Positions 36,185 to 45,628 of a stretch of 64,000 nucleotides of DNA are shown one piece after another (positions within the stretch are counted from its first letter, which is position 1; each line of letters opens with the position of its first letter). Source of the DNA: Elusimicrobiota bacterium (GTDB taxonomy: Bacteria > RUG730 > JBDRED01); the NCBI GenBank assembly GCA_043820025.1, contig JBDRED010000034.1, positions 10,253-74,252 on the forward strand, in the 5' to 3' direction. The notes under the pieces were generated by a model that ran no database searches, had not been told where the DNA came from, and worked only from the letters and a program-made list of their open reading frames with translations. The translations under genes were made by a program, and so were the position numbers.

Positions 36185-36254
36185 TACAAGGTAAATCAAC
36201 GGTTTCTTTTGTTCTCAAGCCTGTGGATTATCATAAAAAACACCATTAATTTTA

Positions 36255-36283
36255 TTGACATTATTATATAATATTAATATACT
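36255..36283 (+). promoter_or_regulatory. Candidate promoter (TTGACA-17-TATACT) for rpmE
   Basis: TTGACA lies at 36255-36260 and TATACT at 36278-36283. Confidence 0.5.
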
Positions 36284-36318
36284 TTAAACTTCAATTTATT
36301 GACTATAGGAGAAAGATA

Positions 36319-36666
36319 ATGAAAAAGGGAATTCATCCGGAATATGTAGAAGCAACCATAACTTGCGCGTGTGGGAATGTTATAAAAACACGATCAACTC
36401 AGCCAAAAATAAAGGTAGAAATATGTTCAGCGTGCCATCCGTTCTTTACAGGTATGCAAAAACTAGTTGATACAGCGGGCCGTGTAGAAAGATTTTCTAA
36501 GAAGTACACTCAAACAGAAGGCAAAACAGTGCGCAAGGTGTCAAAACAGGATGAGAGAAAGCTTTCGCGTATTTCTAAGAAAAAGATAGCAGTGAAAAAG
36601 GTTATTAAGAAAAAGGAACCAAAAATCGCTGATAAGAAAAAGGTAGAAAAAAAGGAAAGCAAGTAG
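36319..36666 (+). CDS. rpmE: 50S ribosomal protein L31 (Zn-ribbon type) with a ~50-aa Lys-rich C-terminal extension
   Basis: The canonical L31 core is [20 protein letters not shown]...[10 protein letters not shown]...RVERFSKKY. The tail reads ...[29 protein letters not shown]. Confidence 0.93.
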   Translation: MKKGIHPEYVEATITCACGNVIKTRSTQPKIKVEICSACHPFFTGMQKLVDTAGRVERFSKKYTQTEGKTVRKVSKQDERKLSRISKKKIAVKKVIKKKEPKIADKKKVEKKESK

Positions 36667-36686
36667 AGCAGAATAATAAATTTTGT

Positions 36687-36735
36687 ATGGCAGCTCTTAA
36701 ACTAAATAAATTGTTGAGCTGCCATTTCTTTTTTT
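36687..36735 (+). terminator. Rho-independent terminator after rpmE
   Basis: A 10-bp stem ATGGCAGCTC/GAGCTGCCAT encloses a 19-nt loop and is followed by TTCTTTTTTT. Confidence 0.65.
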
Positions 36736-36747
36736 ATGGGGAGATAT

Positions 36748-37674
36748 ATGGATAAAAAAATGTTAGTAGGCGGCCAGGCGGTTATAGAGGGCGTGATGAT
36801 GCGCTCGCCGGCATATTACGCTATTGCATTGCGGAAATCAAATGGCGAAATAAAACTAAAGATAGAGCCTTTTAACAGCATTACAAAACGTATTAAAATT
36901 CTTAGCAAGCCATTTTTGAGAGGAATCGTCACATTAATAGAAACATTGATTTTAGGAGTGAAAACTCTGTCATATTCAGCGGACGAGTATATGCAGGAGA
37001 TTGAAAACACCGAGGAAAAAGCGCCTGTAAAGAAGGAAGAAAAAAAAGGAATAAATTGGGAAATTTTCGGAACAATTGTGTTTTCCTTTGCGTTTGGAAT
37101 AGTGCTATTTGTAGCTCTGCCATTATTTGCCGCTCAGTTTATTAAGAGTTTTTGGGCGCCGGGCACACACTATATTGTATTTAATATAATTGACGGATTA
37201 GTGCGTCTTGCGGTATTTATTTTTTATATTTTAGGCATTTCATTATTAAAGGATGTTAGAAGGGTTTTTGAATATCATGGAGCTGAACATAAGTCTGTGT
37301 TTGCCTATGAAAACGGTATGGACTTAAAGGTGGAACATATAAAGGTGTTTAGCACGCTTCATCCGCGCTGCGGCACAAACTTTATGCTTATTGTTATACT
37401 CTTAAGTATTCTTGTGATTACGATGTTTAAAACAGACACATTTATAGCAAGGTTTGGCTTAAGGCTTTTAATACTGCCTCTTCTTGCGAGCGTATCTTAT
37501 GAGATTATTAGGATTTTTGGAAAATTTGAGAAAAATGCTTTTGTAAAATTACTGCTTGCTCCCGGACTTCTCCTTCAGAAGATTACTACCAGAGAGCCTG
37601 ATGATTCGCAGATGGAGGTTGCGGCAGCAGCTTTACAGGCTGTGCTCGACGCTGAGTTGGAGAATAAAAAATGA
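36748..37674 (+). CDS. DUF1385 (YqhQ-like) membrane protein
   Basis: The DUF1385 signature [15 protein letters not shown] is present along with EYHGAEHK. The rpmE-DUF1385-prfA-prmC gene order is common. The start could be ATG 36736, 36748 or 36760. Confidence 0.8.
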   Translation: MDKKMLVGGQAVIEGVMMRSPAYYAIALRKSNGEIKLKIEPFNSITKRIKILSKPFLRGIVTLIETLILGVKTLSYSADEYMQEIENTEEKAPVKKEEKKGINWEIFGTIVFSFAFGIVLFVALPLFAAQFIKSFWAPGTHYIVFNIIDGLVRLAVFIFYILGISLLKDVRRVFEYHGAEHKSVFAYENGMDLKVEHIKVFSTLHPRCGTNFMLIVILLSILVITMFKTDTFIARFGLRLLILPLLASVSYEIIRIFGKFEKNAFVKLLLAPGLLLQKITTREPDDSQMEVAAAALQAVLDAELENKK

Positions 37675-38735
37675 TAGAAAAATTAAAAGGATTAGAGGAC
37701 AGGCTTAATGAGCTAGAGTCTTTGGTATCTGATCCTGAAGTTATAAAGGATCAGAAAAAACTGCGCGATTATTCAAAGGAACATTCAGAGCTTTTAATAA
37801 AGGTTTCTAAGTTTCGCGAATATAAAAATATTTGCAAAGAGCTGGATCATCTTTCTGACATGGCGGATAATGAAAAAGATCCTGAATTGCGAAAAATGGC
37901 TGAAGATGAGCTGAGCGGCATTGAAATGAAAAAGGTGAAATGCGAGGAAGAACTAAAGATGATTCTTATTCCCAAAGACCCTTTTGCCGATAAGAATACA
38001 ATTGTGGAAATCCGAGCAGGCACAGGAGGAGAAGAGGCTGCCTTATTTGCGGGCGAGTTATTTAGAATGTATATGCGGTATGCGGAAAGGCGCGGGTGGA
38101 AAACTGAAGTTATTGACGGTAATCCTACTGAGCTGGGCGGATTTAAAGAGGTAATATTCCAGATAATTGGTACTGATGTTTATAATTTTCTAAGGTTTGA
38201 AAGCGGAGCGCATAGAGTTCAACGCGTGCCTGCTACTGAAGCGGGCGGGCGCGTACATACTTCCGCTGTAACTGTCGCTGTATTGCCTGAGGCAGACGAG
38301 GTTGATATAGATATTAAGCAGGAAGAGCTTAGAATTGACACATATTGTTCTTCCGGAAAGGGTGGGCAGAGCGTTAATACGACGTACTCTGCCGTGCGTA
38401 TCACGCATATTCCTACAGGCGTTGTTGTGCAGTGCCAGGATGAAAGGTCCCAGCTTAAAAATAAAGCTAAAGCAATGAAAATACTCAGATCAAGGCTTCT
38501 CAAAAAATATCAGGAAGAACAGGAAAATAGTATTGCGATGAATAGGAAGGAGCAGGTAGGTTCCGGAGACAGAAGCGAAAAAATAAGAACATATAATTTT
38601 CCGCAAGATAGAATTACAGACCACAGGATCGGCTTTACAAGGCATAATCTTCCCGGGTTTTTAGACGGAGATATACAGGATCTCTTAGACGCTCTTTTAA
38701 TGAAGGATGCTGAAGAAAAGTTGAAAGGAGTATGA
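37671..38735 (+). CDS. prfA: Peptide chain release factor 1
   Basis: It has the RF1 tripeptide context VPATE, and the GGQ motif in [12 protein letters not shown]. The ATGA start overlaps the upstream stop. No internal frameshift is present, as expected for RF1. Confidence 0.95.
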   Translation: MIEKLKGLEDRLNELESLVSDPEVIKDQKKLRDYSKEHSELLIKVSKFREYKNICKELDHLSDMADNEKDPELRKMAEDELSGIEMKKVKCEEELKMILIPKDPFADKNTIVEIRAGTGGEEAALFAGELFRMYMRYAERRGWKTEVIDGNPTELGGFKEVIFQIIGTDVYNFLRFESGAHRVQRVPATEAGGRVHTSAVTVAVLPEADEVDIDIKQEELRIDTYCSSGKGGQSVNTTYSAVRITHIPTGVVVQCQDERSQLKNKAKAMKILRSRLLKKYQEEQENSIAMNRKEQVGSGDRSEKIRTYNFPQDRITDHRIGFTRHNLPGFLDGDIQDLLDALLMKDAEEKLKGV

Positions 38736-38887
38736 ATAAGTGTTTAGGGGAATGAAGGCGTGGGTTATAAACCCGGTCCGGCAATAAGAAAATTTTACGT
38801 CATTGCGGGCAAAGCGAAGCAATCTTCGATAAGTTAAGAAGCGGCATGCAGCGACAATTTATGAATTGCCTCTAAAAAGGAAGATTT

Positions 38888-39778
38888 ATGGCGCAGACAA
38901 TAATAAAACAAAATACTATTTCTAAACTTATTGACGTGCTTGAATGGACTGCTGATTTTTTTAAAAAGAATAGTATCAAAAGCGCCAGGTTAGACGCTGA
39001 AGTTCTTTTAGCGCATGTATTAGGCATGAAGCGGCTTGATTTATATTTAAACTTTGAGAGGCATTTAACCGAAGAAGAAAGAATAAAATATAAAAATTTG
39101 GTTCAAAGGCGCAAGGATAGAATTCCGGTAGCGTATCTTATTGGCGACAAAGAGTTTATGGGTCTAAGTTTTAAAGTTAACAATAATGTATTGATTCCAA
39201 GGCCGGAGACTGAGTTGTTAGTAGAACAGGTGATTTCCAGAGCAAAAGGAAATGATCCGGAAAAAGGAATAGTGATTGATGTGTTTACCGGCAGCGGTAA
39301 TATTGCAATAAGTCTTGCAAAAAACATGGAAAATGTGGCAGTATATGGTATTGATATTGACGATAATGCGTTAAAATGCGCTGAACAGAACGCGGTTAAT
39401 AACATTGTAGCTGATAAGGTAAATTTTATAAAGGGCGATGTTTTAAAGCCGCTTTGCGCTTATCCGCTCAAAAACAGCGTGGATATTATTACAGCAAATC
39501 CGCCATATATAAAAACAGGCGAATTAGCCGGCCTGGAGCCTGAAGTTCAAAATGAGCCTAAATCCGCTTTAGACGGCGGAGACGACGGACTGGATTTTTA
39601 TAAAAGGCTTATTAAAGAGAGTAAAGAGTATTTGAAGAAAGATGGATTATTAGCAATGGAGATTGGCGCGGATCTTAAGGGTGAGGTTGTGGATCTGTTA
39701 GAAGAGTATGGATATAAAGATATTAATGTTATTCCGGATTATGCAGGCTTAGATCGAGTCATTGTATGTAAGAGGTAA
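38888..39778 (+). CDS. prmC: Release-factor glutamine N5-methyltransferase PrmC/HemK
   Basis: It has the SAM-binding motif VIDVFTGSGNIA and the catalytic motif ITANPPYI, and lies downstream of prfA. Confidence 0.9.
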   Translation: MAQTIIKQNTISKLIDVLEWTADFFKKNSIKSARLDAEVLLAHVLGMKRLDLYLNFERHLTEEERIKYKNLVQRRKDRIPVAYLIGDKEFMGLSFKVNNNVLIPRPETELLVEQVISRAKGNDPEKGIVIDVFTGSGNIAISLAKNMENVAVYGIDIDDNALKCAEQNAVNNIVADKVNFIKGDVLKPLCAYPLKNSVDIITANPPYIKTGELAGLEPEVQNEPKSALDGGDDGLDFYKRLIKESKEYLKKDGLLAMEIGADLKGEVVDLLEEYGYKDINVIPDYAGLDRVIVCKR

Positions 39779-39779
39779 T

Positions 39780-41042
39780 ATGGATAGACTTATTATTAGA
39801 GGCGGAAAAAAACTAAAAGGAAAGGCGCAGATCAGCGGGTCAAAAAATGCGTCATTACCAATATTATTCGCGTCTCTACTTACAGATGACGAATGCGTAA
39901 TAGAGAATGTTCCGCGTTTACGGGATATTGAGACTACTATAGGAGTGTTGTCTTATTTAGGCAAAAAGGTTGAGCAGGACGGTAATACAATAAAAATTTC
40001 AAGTAATGGAGAGGCTCATAAGGAAGCTCCTTATGAGCTTGTAAAAAAAATGAGGGCATCAGCGCTTGTGATGGGCCCGCTTTTAGCAAGGCATCAAACA
40101 GCAAAGGCATCTTTGCCCGGCGGATGCGCTATTGGCGCAAGGCCTATCAATATTCATTTAAATGGATTTAAGGATTTAGGGGCAAAGGTTAATCTTGAGC
40201 AAGGATATGTTACATTAAAGACAAAGAAACTTAAGGGCGCAAATGTGGTTTTTGATTATCCAAGCGTTGGAGCTACTGAAAATATACTCATGGCAGCTAC
40301 TTTAACGGAAGGAGAGACTGTAATTGAAAATGCCGCGAGAGAACCTGAGATAACAGCTCTTGCTAATTGTCTTATTTCAATGGGCGCTGATATAAAGGGG
40401 TGTGGGACAAGCGAAATAAAGATAAGAGGCGTTAAAAAATTAGCCGGAACCAGGCATAGGGTTATAAGCGATAGAATTGAGTGCGGCACACTGATGATTG
40501 CTGCGGCAATAACAAGAGGCGATGTTTTACTCGAGGGTGTTGATCTTGACGATATGTCAGCTCTTATAATTAAACTTGAAGAAACAGGCGTAAGCATAAA
40601 AAAAACAAAAAAAGGCCTGCATCTTAAAGCGAAGAATATAATTAAACCTGTAAATATCGAAACAGCGCCTTATCCGGGATTTCCAACTGATATGCAGGCG
40701 CAATGGATGGCGTTAATGTGCACTGCAAAAGGCAGTTCAATCGTTACTGAAACTGTTTTTGAAAATAGATTTATGCATGTTTGCGAACTGCAGAGGATGG
40801 GCGCCAGGCTGAGTATTCGAGGACACAGCGTGTTTGTCGAAGGGAATGATACGCTAAGCGGAGCGCAGGTTATGGCTACTGACCTTCGCGCGTCGGCAAC
40901 GCTCGTTCTAGCGGGCCTTGTAGCTAAAGGAAAGACGGAGATTTCAAGAATATATCATTTAGATAGAGGATACGAACATCTTGAAAATAAATTACAGATT
41001 TTGGGAGCAGATATAAAGCGCGTAAAAAATCAGGAGGATTAA
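39780..41042 (+). CDS. murA: UDP-N-acetylglucosamine 1-carboxyvinyltransferase
   Basis: MDRLIIRGGKKLKGKAQISGSKNASLPILFASLL..., the active-site loop LPGGCAIGARPI and HLDRGYEHLENKL are present. ATG 39780 lies directly after the prmC stop. Confidence 0.95.
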   Translation: MDRLIIRGGKKLKGKAQISGSKNASLPILFASLLTDDECVIENVPRLRDIETTIGVLSYLGKKVEQDGNTIKISSNGEAHKEAPYELVKKMRASALVMGPLLARHQTAKASLPGGCAIGARPINIHLNGFKDLGAKVNLEQGYVTLKTKKLKGANVVFDYPSVGATENILMAATLTEGETVIENAAREPEITALANCLISMGADIKGCGTSEIKIRGVKKLAGTRHRVISDRIECGTLMIAAAITRGDVLLEGVDLDDMSALIIKLEETGVSIKKTKKGLHLKAKNIIKPVNIETAPYPGFPTDMQAQWMALMCTAKGSSIVTETVFENRFMHVCELQRMGARLSIRGHSVFVEGNDTLSGAQVMATDLRASATLVLAGLVAKGKTEISRIYHLDRGYEHLENKLQILGADIKRVKNQED

Positions 41043-41045
41043 TTA

Positions 41046-42224
41046 ATGCGCAAAAGCACGGAAGATATTGTACGTAATATTATTAAAAATGTCCGCAGGC
41101 ATGGCGATAAAGCGCTTATTGAATATACAAAAAAATTCGATGGTGTTTTATTAAAACCGAATAATTTAATTTTATCATTGACTGAATGCGGAAAAAGCCT
41201 GGAGCGAATTGACCCCGAGCTTTTACAAGCCCTTAAACAAGCGCGTAAGAATATTTATGATTTTGCTGTCAGTCAAAAAAACAGCATAAAAAAATTGAGG
41301 GTAAAAAATAAAGGCTGTGATATTGAAGAAATGATAACCAATGTTGACCGCGCCGGCGTTTATATTCCCGGAGGAAGATTTTCTTATCCTTCATCCGTGC
41401 TTATGAATGTTGTTCCTGCAAAAGCGGCCGGGGTAAAAGAGGTTATTGTCACAACGCCTAAAAAAAATCTTTCAGATGCCGTGAAAGCAGCTTTGTTTAT
41501 TTCCGGAGCAGATAAGATTATTCAAGCAGGCGGCGCGCAGGCAATAGCAGCGCTCGCGTATGGAACAAAAACAGTGCCAAAGGTTGACATAATAGTCGGG
41601 CCGGGAAATAAGTATGTGTCAGAGGCAAAAAAGCAAGTTTTTGGCGAGGTTGGAATTGATATGATCGCAGGCCCAAGCGAAGTGATTGTTTGGGCTGACA
41701 AGTACGCAGATTATAATTACATAATTGAAGATCTTTTAGCGCAGGCTGAGCACGATCCGGACGCGCGGGCAATGCTCATAACTAATTATAAAAATCTTGC
41801 TGATAAAATATACAGCGCGATTCCTAAAAAGTATAAAAAACAAATCAGCGTTAAGCTGGTAAAGAACGATGCCGAGAGCATAGAGATTATAAATAGCAAA
41901 GCGCCGGAACATTTAGAGATTATTATTAAAAACGCTAAGAGTAAATTAAAGTATATAAAAAATGCGGGCGCTATATTTATCGGAAAGTATTCTCCGGTTG
42001 CAATGGGCGATTATTTTATCGGGCCAAGCCACACATTGCCTACGGGAGGAAGCGCGAGGTTTTCATCCGGATTATCAGTATACACATTTTTAACTCGCAA
42101 AGCAGTAATGTCTGTTAGTAAGAAATATGTTAGAAACAATGGGGAGATGGCTGCAGTGATCGCAAACAGCGAGGGGTTGACGCATCACGCGCGCTCTATA
42201 GAAAAGCGTATAATTGAAAAATAA
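41046..42224 (+). CDS. hisD: Histidinol dehydrogenase
   Basis: The typical HisD blocks are present: GGAQAIAALAYGT, IAGPSEV, AQAEHDPDA and GDYFIGPSHTLPT. Confidence 0.93.
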   Translation: MRKSTEDIVRNIIKNVRRHGDKALIEYTKKFDGVLLKPNNLILSLTECGKSLERIDPELLQALKQARKNIYDFAVSQKNSIKKLRVKNKGCDIEEMITNVDRAGVYIPGGRFSYPSSVLMNVVPAKAAGVKEVIVTTPKKNLSDAVKAALFISGADKIIQAGGAQAIAALAYGTKTVPKVDIIVGPGNKYVSEAKKQVFGEVGIDMIAGPSEVIVWADKYADYNYIIEDLLAQAEHDPDARAMLITNYKNLADKIYSAIPKKYKKQISVKLVKNDAESIEIINSKAPEHLEIIIKNAKSKLKYIKNAGAIFIGKYSPVAMGDYFIGPSHTLPTGGSARFSSGLSVYTFLTRKAVMSVSKKYVRNNGEMAAVIANSEGLTHHARSIEKRIIEK

Positions 42225-42269
42225 TTTAAGTATATTTAAGATTAAGAAAATGAGTCGGAGGTAAATATT

Positions 42270-42863
42270 ATGGCAAAAAGGACATCTGAGGAAAAGAGAA
42301 AGACAACAGAGACTTCGATTAATTTAACTTTGAATTTGGACGGAAAGGGAACTGCAAAAATAACGACCGGCATTTCTTTCTTGGATCACATGTTAACTCT
42401 TTTTGCAAGGCACGGATTATTTGATTTGTTAATTAAAGCAAAGGGCGATATAGAGGTAGATGAGCATCATTTAATAGAAGACATGGGAATCGTTTTAGGC
42501 AGCGCGATTAAGAAAGCGCTTGGAAAAAAAGCAGGCATAAAGAGGTATGGGTTCGGCTGTATTCCTATGGATGACTCGCTTGTCGAGGCTAGTATTGATC
42601 TTTCCGGGCGGCCATATCTTGTTTACAATATGTTAGGTAAAGGTATTCCCAAAAATGAAAAGGAAAGATACGAATTATTTGAACATTTTTTTTATTCGCT
42701 GGTAATGCACTCCGGCATGGCTTTGCATCTTAATCTGAGGTATGGAAATAATTTTCATCACAATATGGAAGGCGCGTTTAAGGCGTTTGCCAGGGCATTA
42801 TGCGAAGCAGTGACAAAGGATGTAAGAGTTAAGGGCGTGCCGTCTACAAAAGGAAAGCTATAA
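42270..42863 (+). CDS. hisB: Imidazoleglycerol-phosphate dehydratase (monofunctional)
   Basis: RKTTETSINLTLNLDG, GISFLDHMLTLFARHG, DEHHLIEDMGI and HHNMEGAFKAFARAL are present. Confidence 0.94.
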   Translation: MAKRTSEEKRKTTETSINLTLNLDGKGTAKITTGISFLDHMLTLFARHGLFDLLIKAKGDIEVDEHHLIEDMGIVLGSAIKKALGKKAGIKRYGFGCIPMDDSLVEASIDLSGRPYLVYNMLGKGIPKNEKERYELFEHFFYSLVMHSGMALHLNLRYGNNFHHNMEGAFKAFARALCEAVTKDVRVKGVPSTKGKL

Positions 42864-42905
42864 AATAGTCCGGAGTTCCGGCTCTCGATTCATTTTGAGG
42901 TTAAA

Positions 42906-43550
42906 ATGATTGCGTTAATTGATTATGGAATGGGAAATTTAAATAGCGTGAGTAAGGCGCTTGATTTGGCTGTTTCTAATATTGGATCATCTCAAGAAAT
43001 AAAGATTACAAGCGCAAACAAGGATATTTTAAACGCAGACGCTGTTGTGCTGCCGGGCGTCGGCGCTTTTGGCCAGGCTATTGAAAATCTAAAAAATCTC
43101 AGGCTTATAAACAGTATTACAGAGGCGTATAATTCGCAAAAACCATTTCTTGGAGTCTGTTTGGGTTTACAGCTTTTATTTGAAAAAAGTTATGAGCATG
43201 GCATGCATAAAGGGCTTGGTTTAATAAAGGGCGAGGTAAGAAAATTTGAACTGCCGTCCAAGTATAAGATTCCGCATATGGGATGGAACTTAGTTAGTCC
43301 ATCAACGAAGAACGCGCTTTTTGCCGGGATACCTGCGGATTCATATTTTTATTTTGTGCACTCATATTATGTGCAGACTAATGATAAGACTATAAATAAG
43401 ATGCTTACAAAATATGGTAAAAACTTTTGTTCAGGCGTATACAATGATTTTTTATGCGCTGTTCAGTTTCACCCTGAAAAAAGCCAGTCATCAGGGATAA
43501 AGCTGTTAGAAAATTTTTGCAAGAGAATAAAGAGTAGAAGTCAAAAATAA
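42906..43550 (+). CDS. hisH: Imidazole glycerol phosphate synthase, glutamine amidotransferase subunit
   Basis: IALIDYGMGNLNSV, the nucleophile in GVCLGLQLL, and VQFHPEKS are present. Confidence 0.93.
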   Translation: MIALIDYGMGNLNSVSKALDLAVSNIGSSQEIKITSANKDILNADAVVLPGVGAFGQAIENLKNLRLINSITEAYNSQKPFLGVCLGLQLLFEKSYEHGMHKGLGLIKGEVRKFELPSKYKIPHMGWNLVSPSTKNALFAGIPADSYFYFVHSYYVQTNDKTINKMLTKYGKNFCSGVYNDFLCAVQFHPEKSQSSGIKLLENFCKRIKSRSQK

Positions 43551-43572
43551 GAATACAGAAGTCAGAAGAATT
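43551..43572 (+). repeat. Single copy of the GAATACAGAAGTCA element (plus GAAGAATT), immediately after the hisH stop
   Basis: Read directly from the sequence. The coding 3' end just upstream also contains AGAAGTCA (43536-43543). Confidence 0.85.
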
Positions 43573-43608
43573 ATAATAACCTTTGAAACTTTTTGGGAGG
43601 TAGATAAT

Positions 43609-44331
43609 ATGCAGATAATACCTGCGATTGATATTAGAGGCGGGAACTGTGTAAGGCTTATGCAAGGCAGACTTGAGCAGGAAACTATTTACTCAAAAGA
43701 TCCTGTATTTATGGCTAAGCTTTGGCGGGCTAAAGGAGCTGAGAGAATACATATCGTTGATCTCGACGGAGCCTTTGGCGGCGTGCCGGCAAATTATGAA
43801 ATAATAAAAAGTATAAGAAAGGAAGTAGATGTTGCATTAGAGGTAGGCGGAGGTATCAGGGATCATGAAACAATTGAAAAGCTTTTAAACGCAGGTATTG
43901 ATAAAGTTGTGCTTGGCACTGTAGCAATATATAATACGGATTTGGTTAAAGAGGCGATAAAAAATCATGGAGACAAAATTATTATTGGTATTGACGCAAA
44001 CAACGGCAGAGCGGCGATTGGCGGATGGAAGGAAGTTACAAATGTGACTGACCTGGACCTTGCGCATAATATGGAAAAAATCGGAGTCAGCGAATTTATT
44101 TATACAGATATCAGCAAGGATGGTATGCTCGAGGGGCCGAATCTGGGCGGGGTAAAAAAATTTGCCGAGAGTATTAAAGGAAAAATGATTGTTTCAGGCG
44201 GCATAGCTTCTGTAAAGGATATTGAAAATATTGTTAAGTTAAAGATGAATAACATTGATGGCATTATAGTAGGTAAAGCGCTGTACGCTGAAACATTAAA
44301 GCTTGAAGACGCGATAGCGGCGGTAAAATAA
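43609..44331 (+). CDS. hisA: ProFAR isomerase HisA
   Basis: IIPAIDIRGGNCVRL, HIVDLDGA, EVGGGIR and ... YTDISKDGML are typical of HisA. Confidence 0.93.
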   Translation: MQIIPAIDIRGGNCVRLMQGRLEQETIYSKDPVFMAKLWRAKGAERIHIVDLDGAFGGVPANYEIIKSIRKEVDVALEVGGGIRDHETIEKLLNAGIDKVVLGTVAIYNTDLVKEAIKNHGDKIIIGIDANNGRAAIGGWKEVTNVTDLDLAHNMEKIGVSEFIYTDISKDGMLEGPNLGGVKKFAESIKGKMIVSGGIASVKDIENIVKLKMNNIDGIIVGKALYAETLKLEDAIAAVK

Positions 44332-44365
44332 CTGAGCGCACTACGCACTGCCGGATGGGGCAAAT

Positions 44366-45124
44366 ATGTTAGCTAAAAGAATTATTCCATGTTTGGATAT
44401 TGACAAAGGCCGTGTTGTTAAAGGAGTTAAGTTTATTGATATAGTTGACGCCGGCGATCCTATTGAGGTTGCGAAACGTTACGAAAAGGAAGGCGCCGAC
44501 GAGCTGGTTTATCTTGATATAACAGCGTCGCACGAGCGTAGGTCTATTTTTTTTGATCTGATAAAGCGAACAGCGGAAAATGTCTTTATGCCGCTGACAG
44601 TTGGAGGCGGGATAAGGAATGTTAATGATATTAAACAATTATTAAGAAGCGGAGCAGATAAGGTTTCATTAAATACAGCTGCTGTTGAAAATCCTCAATT
44701 GATTAAAGATGGCGCAAAGAGGTTTGGAAAACAGTGTATAGTCATTGCAATAGACGCAAAGAGGAACCGCCCGGGCAGATGGGATGTCTATATACACGGC
44801 GGCCGGACAGCTACAGGCCTTGATGCAGTCAAGTGGGCAAAGAAGGCCGTGAGACTTGGAGCAGGAGAAGTTCTTCTTACAAGCATGGATTGTGACGGCA
44901 CAAAGGCAGGGTATGATGTTGCTTTAACCCGCGCTATTGCCGACGCTGTTAATGTTCCTGTTATTGCGTCAGGCGGGGCTGGAACAAAGGAACATTTTTA
45001 CGAAGCCTTGACAAGCGGCAGAGCGGATGCCGGGCTTGCCGCGTCATTATTTCATTTTAGAAAACTTCGTATAAAAACTTTAAAAAAATATTTAATAAAA
45101 AGGAAGGTGAATATTAGGCCATGA
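44366..45124 (+). CDS. hisF: Imidazole glycerol phosphate synthase cyclase subunit
   Basis: [37 protein letters not shown] and ASGGAG are present. Confidence 0.95.
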   Translation: MLAKRIIPCLDIDKGRVVKGVKFIDIVDAGDPIEVAKRYEKEGADELVYLDITASHERRSIFFDLIKRTAENVFMPLTVGGGIRNVNDIKQLLRSGADKVSLNTAAVENPQLIKDGAKRFGKQCIVIAIDAKRNRPGRWDVYIHGGRTATGLDAVKWAKKAVRLGAGEVLLTSMDCDGTKAGYDVALTRAIADAVNVPVIASGGAGTKEHFYEALTSGRADAGLAASLFHFRKLRIKTLKKYLIKRKVNIRP

Positions 45125-45531
45125 GTATTGAAAAATTATTTCAAGCGATCAAATTTAATAAGGACGGATTGGTGCCTGTTGTGACACAGGAATATAAGAC
45201 TAATGAAGTCTTAATGCTTGCGTATATGAATAAGGAATCTTTTTTAAAAACCATTGAAACAGGGAATGCAACTTATTGGAGCAGATCGCGCCAGAAGTTA
45301 TGGATGAAGGGAGAGAGTTCCGGAAATGTTCAGAAAGTGGTTGATATTTATATAGATTGTGACGGGGATACGCTTTTAATAAAGGTAAGGCAATTAGGCG
45401 AAAATGGCAAGAGCGAAAATGGAGCCAGCTGCCACCTTGGATATAAATCATGCTTTTTTAGAAAAAATGTCGAAGATACATGGCAGATAATTGCCGAACA
45501 AATGTTTGACCCTAAGGAAGTTTATAAATAA
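45121..45531 (+). CDS. hisI: Phosphoribosyl-AMP cyclohydrolase (HisI domain only)
   Basis: [39 protein letters not shown] and DCDGDTLL are present. There is no HisE (pyrophosphohydrolase) domain. Confidence 0.9.
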   Translation: MSIEKLFQAIKFNKDGLVPVVTQEYKTNEVLMLAYMNKESFLKTIETGNATYWSRSRQKLWMKGESSGNVQKVVDIYIDCDGDTLLIKVRQLGENGKSENGASCHLGYKSCFFRKNVEDTWQIIAEQMFDPKEVYK

Positions 45532-45628
45532 GTTTAAGAGTTACTGAGTTAATATTGGTATTCCGGCCCCGCTGCATGCGTGGCTGTAATGACGTTTCGT
45601 GTAACTTTTTAAACCTATTTTTGGAGGA

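Noticed and set aside
37671-38735. Programmed frameshift in the release-factor gene
   Set aside because: The protein is RF1 (PAT-type motif, intact single ORF). The +1 frameshift is a feature of RF2 (prfB), not RF1.
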